Shown here piece by piece: positions 1 to 12,400 of a stretch of DNA of 64,000 nucleotides. Source of the DNA: Ascidiella aspersa (lineage: Eukaryota); contig OZ004607.1 in assembly GCA_963924565.1 (NCBI GenBank), positions 34,100,001 to 34,164,000 on the forward strand, given 5' to 3'. How positions within the stretch are numbered: position 1 is the first letter of the stretch; each line of letters begins with the position of its first letter. Below the pieces are notes generated by a model. That model worked only from the letters and a program-made list of their open reading frames with translations, was not told the DNA's origin and did not search any database. Made by a program: the position numbers and the translations under genes.

Positions 1-30
1 TTTATAGATACCAAAGCAAAAACTTTAAGC

Positions 31-459
31 CAGTGTTGTAAACAAGTCATTTTGAAATAACTTAAGTCCAAGTCAAGTCTTTTTGAATAAATAACAAGTC
101 AAGTCCCAGTCAAGTCAAAATTAGAGCAAGTCAACTTCAAGTCACGTCCTTGTCGTAAAAATGAAACGTTAAACTATTGGAATTTTTAAACTCGTACGAT
201 TATGAGCAATAACTGAACTAAAAAAATCAACATATGGCAAGCAAACTGTTTTATGTGCCAAAATTTGGATAAATAGCTCAATTTCACAAAAACACAAACA
301 TTTACAGAGAACACTTCATTTTAACCCAAGACATTTGCCTAAAAGACTTAAGTCAAGTCAAGTCATTTGTCCGAAAGACTTAAGTCAAGTCAAGTCATTT
401 GCAAACAGGTACATAAGTGCAGGTAAGTCAAGTCATTGACTTTAATCATTACAATACTG
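31..459 (+). mobile_element. Non-autonomous DNA transposon (MITE, hAT-like) with internal AAGTC repeats
   Basis: Terminal inverted repeats CAGTGTTGTAA / TTACAATACTG, degenerate 8-bp flanks (CTTTAAGC / CTATAAAC) and subterminal AAGTC arrays. Further copies lie at ~25290-25869 and ~44620-44749. Confidence 0.7.
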
Positions 460-724
460 CTATAAACTGCCGAGTGTTTTTCGGTCGATAAAAGAGTGTT
501 TTTCGGTCGATAAACTGTTGCTTAGAAAGTTATAGGGCTGCTATAGCGATGTGTTTTGGGGGCTTAGAACTGTTTTATAATCGATAGGTTGCTAATGACC
601 CCTTATCTGGTTTGGCTCCTCTATGGAGCCTGTCAGTTCCGGGAGCTTTTTAAAAATTGGATTAACACCTATGTGAGGTTATAGTAGCTCATATTGTGCC
701 CTTATCTAGATGGACCCCTTAAGG

Positions 725-1037
725 CAGTATTTCTCAATATTTTTTCGAGTTGTACGAAATTCTAAAGCATAAGTTTAACAAACATTTTTTGGGCGTTTAA
801 ATTCACTTAACCTGTAGCTTTTGGTAACCAAAGTTAAGAAGTTAGCATTACTAAGTTAGAATTGAATGGACATGATCAATCTTCATTTTTTGAATACAAT
901 ATATTTAAATTTTGGATAAATGTTGCTCAGAACGAATATGAATAAATGTAACCATATAATACAATTTCACTCAGCGACCCAACCAAATCAAATAGCGACC
1001 TCATGTTGGGTCGCAACCCATATCTTAACCAAAACTG
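725..1037 (+). mobile_element. Degenerate hAT-like MITE
   Basis: Starts CAGTATTTCTCAA, has subterminal GCGACCC/GGGTCGC motifs and ends AAAACTG. Confidence 0.4.
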
Positions 1038-2295
1038 CCTTTTATATGGATGATGTAATGGTTGAAACAAGTTTACACCAGATGAAAGACGTTTTATCAA
1101 TTTAAATGTTGCTCGGTAAACATAACTCGATCATTTTCATTTTAACACCGAGGTGCCTTGCCAAGCCGCTTTGTTAAAAGTTAAAAAAAAAACATTAAAA
1201 TAATCCTTTATATTCCTACGAAATATATTCCTTTTTTAAGCTTTTAATTCGAAACATAGGTTGGGTCCGTTTTTTTTATACGAAATGTTAAAAGATTTAA
1301 AATAATTAAATAAAACTTTAACAGTACTGTCCTTTACGGGCTTGGCTATGTGTTCTTTGAATTACTGTTCATTACGCTGAAACGTTATGTTTTCTGACAT
1401 CACATTGACTACTTAGGTGTAGGTTTTGCTATTTTTTCCACGAATTACGCACCTTGCCTAATTACTAGTAGCCCTAATGCGACCGACAAAGCGTGACGTA
1501 GTCAGCCTCGGGTACCACGTGATAGGAGAAAGGCGGTCGCGCATGAGTGATCACCGAGGTATCGACATTAAGGCAGCTCGGTGCGTCTCTTTTACCGTCG
1601 GTGATTACTATCTGATCACGACATGCCGTGGTCGCCTTTGCGCCAATCCTGACTGGCCTTGGGCTGCTTTCTTAGGTTTTGCGCCGCTGCCGAGCGCCAG
1701 GTTTTGACTGGAAGCTGCTGGATGTTTCTTAGCTTGACAACAACGCGCGTTTTTTTGCAGTTTTGAAACTGTGTTTGAGGAGGAAATTAGATAGGTGTCG
1801 CGGTAAAGGGGGATTTACTAAGCTGGCGGTTTTAAGTAATTAACGTGCCTTAAAAAGGGTCGGAATTTAAAATTAGGACGGATGTGTTTTAAACTACCCG
1901 ACCACAAAGCTAGCAAGCAGTCGATTTTACGAGTTCAGTATTTTCTCGCTTTCTTCTTGCCCAATGTTCTTGACCGCAAAGTAGACGCTGACTTAGCGAG
2001 AATGCCAATTACGCCAATTGTTGTGTTAACTTGAGACCTGCGGCGCTGTACGGTATTTTTTCGTAAACAAATAAGAGCAACAGGCATTGAGAGTGTGGCC
2101 TCGCCAGCTACTGTTTTAAGTTGCAGTTATTTCGCTCGGATTAGACCTAAAACAGCAAAATGTTTCAACCAGGCAGCTTCGATTCTTTACTTATCGGTCG
2201 CCATTTTGTTTCAGGCCAACTCTGTATAGTCTGTTTTTGAATCCGAAACTGCAAACCATTAAAACGTAGGTAAACGCTGGAAAACTGCCAAGACG

Positions 2296-3351
2296 ATGAA
2301 GGTATTCCTCTTAATTTCTCTCGCCCTGTTCTCGTCTGTTGTTTCTGGCAAAAGAGAAGTCGGTCAATGCGGCCTTCAAGGTAATTACTGTAGTGTACAA
2401 ATAAACACACAGGCATAAACAAATATAACAATAATTACCAAATATATAAGCGAAGCTAGAGCAACCCTCAGGTACTTATTATGGCTCACTCGCGTGATTT
2501 TGGGCACGTTACCAAAGCCGTATAAATCGTTCCCACATTAGTTACACCTATAGTGTAATCATTATTTACCTAATGTGCATAGGTCACTGTATAAAAAGGC
2601 GTACTTTAAAAAGCAGTCCCAGCAAGATGTAAGCAAAGAGCATCAATTGGTCAATGTAAAGTCGCTTTAATAGTAAAACTATCATTACGCTTAAATAAAA
2701 CAAGCGATTAAGGATTTTTGTTTCTAAATTGTCGAACTATTTTTTGAAATGCCTTGGCAATAATTGGGTCAGATTGTGACGTCACAAAAAAGCAAACCAT
2801 GTGCTTATGACGAACTCCAGCTTAAATGTAAAAAAAAAACGTTTTTTGTTTGTTTTATTGCTCGTGTTATTTAGGCGAGCCTATACATTACATAACACTT
2901 GTTGCATAAAGTAATGTTCGTTGTGGTTAAAGCAAGCTGTAATTTTGCCACATGATCTTTTATGTGTTCTGTGAAAATTTTTTTCATCGTACCGGTTGGA
3001 AAATTACTTTAGATTTGCAGTCACTTTTTTCAAATAATTTTGTCTGGTTTCGCAAAAAAAAAAAAAATAGAAAACGTTTGTTTACAAAATAGGAAGGCTG
3101 TTAATAAATAGAAAATGGTAAATGTGATTTCGTTAGTGTTTTACACCCATTTGAACAAAAGTGCTGTTTTCGGTTCAAAAAATATGAAACTTAAATAAAG
3201 TAAAAACCCATTTAACGGAAAGGCGCCAAAAGTCTGGTTTTCAATTAATGGTGTAAAAATTAATTTCAATTTTCAATAATAAATTATGATTTTAGTTAAA
3301 CCTTTGTCCCCCAAGGGGTCCACGGAGCCTAGTTTAAGAACCTTTTTTTTT

Positions 3352-3407
<56 letters not shown>

Positions 3408-6400
3408 TTCGCCTTTAGTTGCAATTATATTGCCCTGAAGAAGATTACCGAATATTAGGTGGTCAAAGCGTTGTCACTTTAATAATTTTTTGCCCGAAGA
3501 ACAATTGCACAATAGAAACAATGCCTGGCAGCAACAGCATATTCGTTTTTAAACTAAGTTGCAATAAAGCACCAATTTTTACCACAGGTTTCAGTCGTCG
3601 TGTGGTCTATATTGACACCCTAAAACTAGTCCACGTACCCCAAAGGCGTTCACAGACCCCATTTTAAGAACCCCTGGTTTAACAAGATAAGTTTTCCTAA
3701 AAGTTCCAACACATATTTCGGTAGTTGGAGTATTATGCAATAACTAAATACAGCGCCAGCATTATTCACACGTACAAAGCCCCGATTTTATAACCACAAG
3801 TTTCAGTCGTCGAGTGGTCTTTATTTTAAGTTTAAGAAACCCCTGTTTTAACAAGATAAGTTTTCCTATTAAAGTTCCATCACATATTTCGGTAGTTGGA
3901 GTATTATGCAGCATTTTTACACACGAAATTACAAGCGCCAATTTTTACCACAGGTTTCAGTCGTCGAGTGGAGATCGAAGGATGCGAAGTCGTCGAAATC
4001 GAGATCAACGCTTGCCGAGGCTGCTGCGAGTCTAGATCATTCCCATCGGACCGTGACACGGTGGGAAAGTCGGGCAAGAAGCACAACATCACTGCAAGGT
4101 CATCGTGCTGCGTCATGGTCAAAAGCGAACCGGTAATAATATTTTTTTTAAAGGCGAAAGATTTATACGTTGTGAAATAAGACCACAGTTGAACCGGTAA
4201 CAATACTGTACTAAACGCAGCCCTGTCATTGGTCGAGCTCCGTACCTTGCCGGCTTGCCATTGGTCGATTTGAATGTGACGTATTTTCGATATCTTATCC
4301 CTTGTATAGCGAACTGGTTTTGATCAGTTAAAATTACACGATTGTGGATTGAAGTTTAAGTTAACTCTTCATGTGTAATAGCGATATTATTTCTGTTGAC
4401 AACTTAAAGCAAACTCGCTGAACATTGGTTACCCAAAGTTGTTATGTTACGCAAAACTCAAAAAAATGTCACTGGTCAATACTTGAGGGGATAAAACATA
4501 ATGTGTACCGTTTTTATTGGGATTTTGTCCTACAAGTAAAACTAATGCAAAACAATTGACACGAAGGTGTGTATACTGCAGCGCAAACCAAAGCTAAAAA
4601 GGTAAACAAAATTTGTTTATACAGCAAAGTAAACCTGAAAAAAAAAAACTGCCGAAAAATCACTTTGACATGCGGAAGGTTTAAAGCGAAAGTGTTATAC
4701 ACGCATTGCAAGGTTCGTTGCCACTGCCGCTTGCATATAGGGTTCATTTACGCGGTCGGACATTAAATATTAATTCGCGACGACTTATGAGCGCGGCCTG
4801 CGTGTCTAATCGTGGCCTATGAGGTTTTTTTTCGAGGTCGTTAACAACGAGAAACGCTGCTAGCCCCTTTTCCGCACCGAGTGTGTTATTTTTTTGACGT
4901 CTGCTCATCTTAATATCTCACCGCCTGTCGCTTGGGGCGATAGAGAGCGCGCCCTCTTTGTGAGTTACGTTGCTTCGAAAATTGCAGTTGGTTGGTTACG
5001 GCGGTGCTAAGTGGTATTATGGCTGATGTTTTTTTACACTTTTTGATTGCAGTTATGTTATATGTTTCTGTAACTCTTAGAACAAACTTGGCGGCCAATA
5101 GTCGCCATTATTTTTTCATTTCAATCTAGATTCTAGATTCTAGAGGACAATTTTTAGGAACATCTTACCATTTAAGATATTTTTTTGATCTCAAAGGAAA
5201 AACTATTTATTAAATAATTTCAAAGCTACACAATAAGTAGGACCGAGGTGAAAGCCTGTCCTATCACAAAACCCTTGAAAGCTCCCAAAATAATCACCAC
5301 CTTGATATATTCAGCCACATATATTGACTCATATTTGCGCTCAACTGGTCGTCTATTCTAATGGTATAAGTAAATCGGAATGTTACGCTACTTATGTGAA
5401 TGTCAAGTGGTTTCGTATGGCTGTCTCTCTGCCCCAACCAACTCCACCACCCATATATCGAAGTTAATATTTAAACTAAGAAACGAACCATGGTTAAAAT
5501 ACTATAGCTGATTGTTCAAAAATATCATCGCGCAACAGTGTTCAATTAGACGTATATACAGAATGAACATCAAAGCCCATGTAAAAGTATAGGTAGCATT
5601 TTGTGACGTTTATAAGTTGACATATTTATTTTATACGCCTAAGCGTAACTTCTAGCCATTATGCTTCAAAGTGATCAATTAGATTTATTTAACTACGACA
5701 GTTTTGTTAAACAAGCCGTTTTCCAAAATACACAGTACATAGAGGGTGTTCTTTGACAAGGATCTCAAAGCAAAACACAACAGTTTTAAACAAACTTTAC
5801 TAAAAAGCATCTTGCATTTAACTCCTTCGCTCGAGTTGCCGTTTGTTACGTTTGACTTGAAATGATAAAGAAGTGTGCGGAACCTTTAAGACTTTATTTA
5901 TACAGTCGCGCTTTCGTGTATACGCAAACAAAGATATAGGGACGTTATTTATTCTTTTGAGGTCTCAGATCAATCTACACTAAAAGCAAAAACATTGAGG
6001 CTTCCGGCATTGGCTCGTGGTTCGACCAACGAATCGAAAGAATACAATATCGCGGCAATTAAATCTCAAAATGCCTGCAGAGATATGGGCAAGAAAACAA
6101 AATCAATCTCCGACATCCGGAAAAGGTTTCGAGCGGCGATATTTGGCGAGCGCTAATCCTTTTTGCGTTGCACGGCATTTTGTTGACTTGTTAGTTGCGC
6201 AACGCTCTTATCGGTTCGATCGACATCAGATTTTGCTACGTCACGAGCATCATCTTTAAACTTTCAATGTTGCTTTAAGGATCTGACGTAGCGATAGCGG
6301 GCCGGTTATGTAACGTGGGCCGGAGTCGGTGGTTTGCGACAAAAAACGTTGATTGACGATGCTTGTTTGCAGACTTGTTGTCGTTTTTTAATCGTTGGAA

Positions 6401-9400
6401 TCGTCCAGATCTTATCGCGATGCATTACAAGTGATGCGACCGCGGATCTAAATGCTTGATTGCATAACGAGATAGCCACCACCTGCTTCGAATCTTTTTT
6501 TTCTTTTCCATAAGTCGTAAGAACAGCGGTTCTCAACTTGTGATGATACCCGTTTTACGCCAATTCTTGATGTTTTCGGTCTAACTATCGTCGCTGGCCG
6601 GATTACGCACTCAAGTTTAGGCGCGAACGCCAACGCTAAGCTCAACATTTCGCACTAAAGACCGACTATATCAAACCACGCCACAAACAATACTGCCTGG
6701 TTCTTTGGATTTAGCAGTTGCAAAAGCAAAATAATTTCCATTTGACATAAAAGCAAAAGCGTAAAACAAATAGTGTTCATAAGTGAAAACGCAAAAGTTG
6801 AAAGGCAACAGCAAGGAATGAAGTGAGGGATACGAGGATAATTCAAACATAGCAAAACAAAGCGAACTAAGGCAAATTAATCGATTTAAATTGCGTAACA
6901 CTCGTGCCACTATATGTAGTATACACAAAGCTTTTTCAGGTGGTTCGTGAGAAGTCTTTGGGTCAAAATAAAAAAGTGTATTATTATCGCAGCTATATAC
7001 CGAAAGTTATGTTCTCACTTAGGCACCTCAAATTGATTTATAATATAAATTCCACGACTATAGTGCTTAGAGCGAGGTCTGTGTAATTTATTTTTTGGCT
7101 TTAACCAGTGAATTCGTGTAATGTTTCTATTTTAATGGTAGGCGGTAGAAATACCACTGTAAGGTACGCGACCATAAAAGATTGAGGACCACTGAAGTAT
7201 AGGTGCATTACGTTTTTTTTGCTAAAACTAATTGTTTGCTAAATGGTGTGTCACGGCATTTGCCTTGGAAAGTGCGACAGACGACGTCCACAAAATGACA
7301 TTTTCATTTGTAGTAAGGAATAAAAATGACTACCAAAATATGCTGGCAAATGTATTTTTACTGTGTTGCTCTACTTCCCTATATGAATCTGGATTTTACC
7401 ACCAAAAAAGTTGCATTACGGCCCCTAAATCGTTATATTTCCAACCTTAAAATATTATAAGACGCAGAACCAATTCAAACTATATCGTTGTTCAAAACGT
7501 TAAAATGAATAGCGTTTCAAAGTGATAATTTGTACGTAAATGCTTTTTTGGTCTCATTTGACCTTGGGAAAAATACAACTAAAATCTCCCCTTCCAAACA
7601 AGGAGATTTTTCCGTCGGTTTAAATCTGCCCGCCGTTCCACGCCACAAAATCACCGGCGCTTAACAAGCCGCAAACAGTTATGCCGGCAGAGTTGCGTAA
7701 CTTTTGACGCACGGTTGCGTAACAATTAATTAAAATGTTTACGTAACGTTTATGCATGGTCGCGTAAGACTTGAGGTTGATTTTACGTAACGTTATGTAT
7801 AGTTACGTAACGATTAAGTCAACACGAGACATTAATTACCTGTTGGAACTTACATAATTAGATGCTTGGATTTTTTTCTCCGTGTTTTAACACAGAGCGC
7901 ACATTTTTTCATTGATACACGACAAGGTTCATCAAACTTCGGAGAATTTTGTTGTACCCTTGGAAGCAATTGACTTTGTGGTTTAGTGGATTAGTTTTGT
8001 AGAATCCGAAAGACATTTTTTAAAGATTATTTTGTTGTAAATTTGCATTGGCTTAATAGTGAAAAACACTTTTAAATTTCTCAATTTGTTTAAACATAGG
8101 AAGACACATTAAACTTTGTAATAAAAGAAAAAAAAACATTTTTGGGGATTTTTTCAACGTTTTGCAAATGTTATTCATTTATTGAACAGTGAACCAATAA
8201 GATATTTGTGGCTTTCTCGTGCATCCAATTTTACATAGTGGCTTACGAAATAAACCAGTTCCATATTTAACAGGCTAACAGGCCCTTTGCTAACATTTCA
8301 AATGAGTATTCGACGAAAAAACGAGCAGCCATTACAAGAAACGGCCTGGCAAGGAATTTAGCAGGTCAAATATGTATTAAAATTCATATTCAAAATGATC
8401 ATCAATATCGTCGTTTGTGATTGGCCACGGGACGTGTGTTAGTTCTACGTTGTGTTGGCGTGTTAAGGAATCTAGAAACTTTGCTAATCCATAAGCTCTT
8501 GTTGTGCAAACTCTAGCTAATCGCACGTCAGGTTTTGCTGGACTAGTTTGCACGACTGCACGTGCAAAGTGCGCCTTTTTGTAGACAAGCTGGTTGTTGC
8601 TCTCCCGAGTGTTACCTTGACATATAGACGAGATGCAACACGAAATAATTGACAAGGGTGAAAATAAAAAAGCGAAATACCTCTGATTTGTTAAATTTAA
8701 ACCATGGCTACAAAGTGTTGAAATTAAATTCTCAATCCTAACCCTTTCCTATAAAAAGTTGAAGGTGTAACCGCAAAAAATCCTACTTTGTGTCAAGATA
8801 TTCCAACAAACTATATAAATGCGTTTATGAAAAACACCTTTTTGGTAAAAGTAAACGCAACTGATTGTTTTTATTAAAAAGCTCCAAAATTAGCGTCTTG
8901 TTGTGTTCGTAAAGTCACGAAAAACAACAACAACAACAACAACAACAACTGCTTTTGGGAAGAAAGTGATATATGCCACACGGCACGTAGGCGAACGCAT
9001 ATATATCGTTTGCAAACGTTCAATAAAGTTGGTTAGTTGTTTTGTACCGAGTTTTTTTGTAATTGAAGTACTTTTTCCATCACTTATAACAACTCAAAAA
9101 AACGGTAAGAAGGGTTTTGATCAAGGTTTTTGTCACTAAACATCTTTCCGAATGCTCTTCTTCGTCATCGCTCCTGGAAATCATTCGACAAGCAAATAAC
9201 AACAACAATAACATTTTTTTCGGCGAAATTAAAATGCCATGTTGCTCACGTACAGGCCAGATAGCGAATGTCGATCTCACTAAAATCGATGCCACCCCCA
9301 TATCCCTGATCCAGTCCCGGTGTCTGGCCTTAAGATAAAATCCGACATCAAAGTGCAATAATAAGCCTACCACCACTGACGCCGGTCACGTAAAAAGCGA

Positions 9401-12400
9401 CGTTTTTCGGTCAAAAACAAATCACCAACGAGCTTTGACCGAAAATGGCGTCCGATTTTATCTGACTACGAGTGTCACGAATGTCGCGACTCCAGAAACT
9501 CGATAAAACCCCAAAGCAATTAAGCGTCGCCCGGCAGCGATGGCATTGTGGGCGGCATCGCGACCTAATCTCGACGCCATGCGATTATGACGTCACAGTG
9601 GAGATGCGCGATCGTCGCGCGCGCTTTCGTCTGCATTCCGCGCCAGAAGTTTGAGATGTCTGCGCGAGGGTCTGTCTGTCTGTCTGTCTTAACGTTCGTT
9701 TACCAGCGTTTTTTTGGGACGAATTCCAAAGATAGCTAAAAGTTGTGCTTGTTCTGTTTTGTGCTTAGTTAGTGCCTTTCAAAAACAAGAACAACACTGC
9801 CTTTGGATCACGTTACACTGGTATTAGTATCAGTGCTAACAAAAGCATAAAACAACATTTCATTAAATGCTTTATTTTATGTCTCTGTAATAAGAAACAT
9901 TGATAATTTGTCATCATTTCGAAAAGGTAAATTTTTGGAGCGCCAGAATTTATTTTTATTACAAGTCTATGTCGTATATACCTCCTCATTTGGCGTTTTT
10001 TGGACAATTTTTAGCCAACGCTTTCCTCTTCCATTCATATAAAAATCAAAGTGCATTTAAGGTACACGTTTCTTTTTAATTTATCGTCGCTCTTTTTTGC
10101 AAAAGGTTAACTGCCATTAAAAAAGTTGTCAAGAGGAACGCAAGGAGAATTCAAATGTAGAACAAAATGTTGATTTAGTTCCGATGGAACTAACGCCTTT
10201 ACACTTCTGATATTCAATCAAATTATGACAAATATATAAAGCCAAACTTTTCAGAAAAGCGACACATTCGGGTTTCTAATTTCCGAGAACCAAGGCTTGC
10301 GCGCGTTAATTTCGGAAACAGCAGGCTTCTAGCTGACTTTGATTGACATTTTTCGACTTGTTTGGGCAACAAGTCCAACTCGAAACCAACGCCCAGTCGT
10401 GGGTCGCGTCCGAAACTATGTTTCCCCGAACAACAAAGAAGCAAACAGTGGCTAAAAATCGTCGAAAAGGTCGCCTAAAGCAGCGGTACCGGTCACCACG
10501 GCTCCAAAGGCCCGCCGACCAATTCGTCGCGTGAGAGAGAGAGTTGGGCCTTTGCGAAATCTGGCGACCGGTAAATAATCGTTCGGCGGCGTTCAAGCAA
10601 ATTCACCAGCAGGCGTTATAATGGCAACAGATTGAGTTAGGCGATAATCATCTCGCCAGCGCAGCGGCTACGTATTTACGTCGTGGATCGCGTGCCCTGC
10701 TGTCCGCGAAACTTTGCCCACCCGCCGGTCCCCCCTCCCCTCCCGGGTCCGATTATTCTGTTTCTGCCTCGTCATGTATCACTTGCTTTGCGCGCCCGTC
10801 TAATTGACAGGCGAAAGCGAGTGCCTGCCTGTTTTCATTGGCGTAATGTTGTTATTCTTCGAAGCGCCGCCCGGCTTATGCCAAAACAAGCACGCTTGCA
10901 GTTTTGCAATTTGACCCCTCCCCCTGTGCCTTATATAAGCGAGCCACCCATCGTTCCAATCCAAAACCCGATTGGAGTTTAAGAAAATATTGACGCTTCT
11001 TGTTCACTGTTGTCTTCGCGATTATACCTCCTTGTGATGTCACAATCGCTTGATCGCGCGCCTGTCCATCAACGAAATGAGCGCGATGGATTTTGCGCAA
11101 CCCAAAGAAGCGATGGCCTTTGATTGAAGAAAGTTCGTGGAATTTTAGCTCATTAAATTTGCATTTTGCGCCTGTTTATCCAGCGTGATTCACGGGTGGC
11201 CTCAATCTGCAGCAAAATGAAACTTTGATCGCCGCATTTTTTTTTAACATTTAGAGCAAGGGTGGGGACATATGTTGGACAACTATAAGTCCACTTAGGC
11301 CGGTTAGAACGATTCAATGCTTGTGGTAATCTGGGAAAACCGAAAATCTTAATCTGTTGGAACATAAAAAAAAACTTTCTTTCGTGTTTTTTAAATCTGC
11401 GAGCATCGTTATTTAATGCGGTGGCTACATCTGAATTTGCTGAAGACCGCAACATAACAACTCAAAAGTAAAAAAATGATGTGGGGAGTTTAATTATTTC
11501 TTTGAAAAGGCTTCGATTAGGGATTAATGTTAACGTTAAAGTGTATTACGACGTACAAATTTATTAAGAATTGCTAAGCAGTTGCCCACTAGTGATCATT
11601 TTGGACAACAGCATCGCAATACGGCTGAAGAAATGGAAGCCGCCCACATTACTAAATAAGTTCCCCATCTCTCGAATATATAGATGCTGCAAAAATTCCC
11701 ACCGACGATGTTTCAAATGTCACGCCCGATGCTATCGGTCGTCGCAAAAAAAACGGCCTTTGCATAATAACCGCTTCCATGCAACTGACACGTCCAAATA
11801 AGATAAAAAATTAAACGCACGATTCGCTTGCGATTTGAACGGCAGCATAAAAAAAACAGGCCTGTCGATCTGGCCTTCCGATAATGTCCCTTTCCCGCTT
11901 GCCTGCTGACAGCTTTCGGGGTGCGCGAAAGATTCCTACACGGGATTAAGTATATTCTGTTTTTTTTTATGTAGGGTTGTATTTTTATGCAGTTCAAATG
12001 CATTGCTACCAGTTACAGCCTTTACCTCTTTTTCTTATAAACACACTCCCTGCAGACTCTTTTGAACACACATCTGATCTTTCCTACTCCATTAAACAAA
12101 CGCCATGAAGTTTCTTAAACAAACGTCCTTTATAGTTCATTAAACAAACTTCCTGTAGTTACTCTTATTTATTTTATTCAAGGCTATAATTTTTTCGATA
12201 GTGACTATAGAAATGTTCAAGTGTAACTGCAAAAATGAAAAAGGGTCAAAAATGTTTTTGAAATAAGAAAAAAAAATGTTTTGAAAATTAGGACGAACGT
12301 CGAACGTGCTTATGTGCTTGTGTGTGCGACTGTGTGTATTGGTGTGTGTGTGTGTGCTTGTGTATTTGCAAATTAAACACCCCTGTTATTTTTTTAAGCC

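Noticed and set aside
4569-4766. Cys-rich ORF just after GPA2 exon 2 as a candidate last exon
   Set aside because: Cysteine spacing does not fit the C...CxCxxC ending and there is no good in-phase acceptor. The exon at 31546-31635 fits the GPA2 C-terminus.
5858-5880. TTGAAATGATAAAGAAGTGTGCG resembles miR-1/206
   Set aside because: Seed mismatch and no precursor hairpin.
6689-6701. AATACTGCCTGGT matches part of miR-200b
   Set aside because: The 3' half diverges and only a short imperfect stem can form.
9399-9452. Hairpin TTTTCGGTCAAA/TTTGACCGAAAA as a pre-miRNA
   Set aside because: The stem is too short, the loop is large and there is no known seed.
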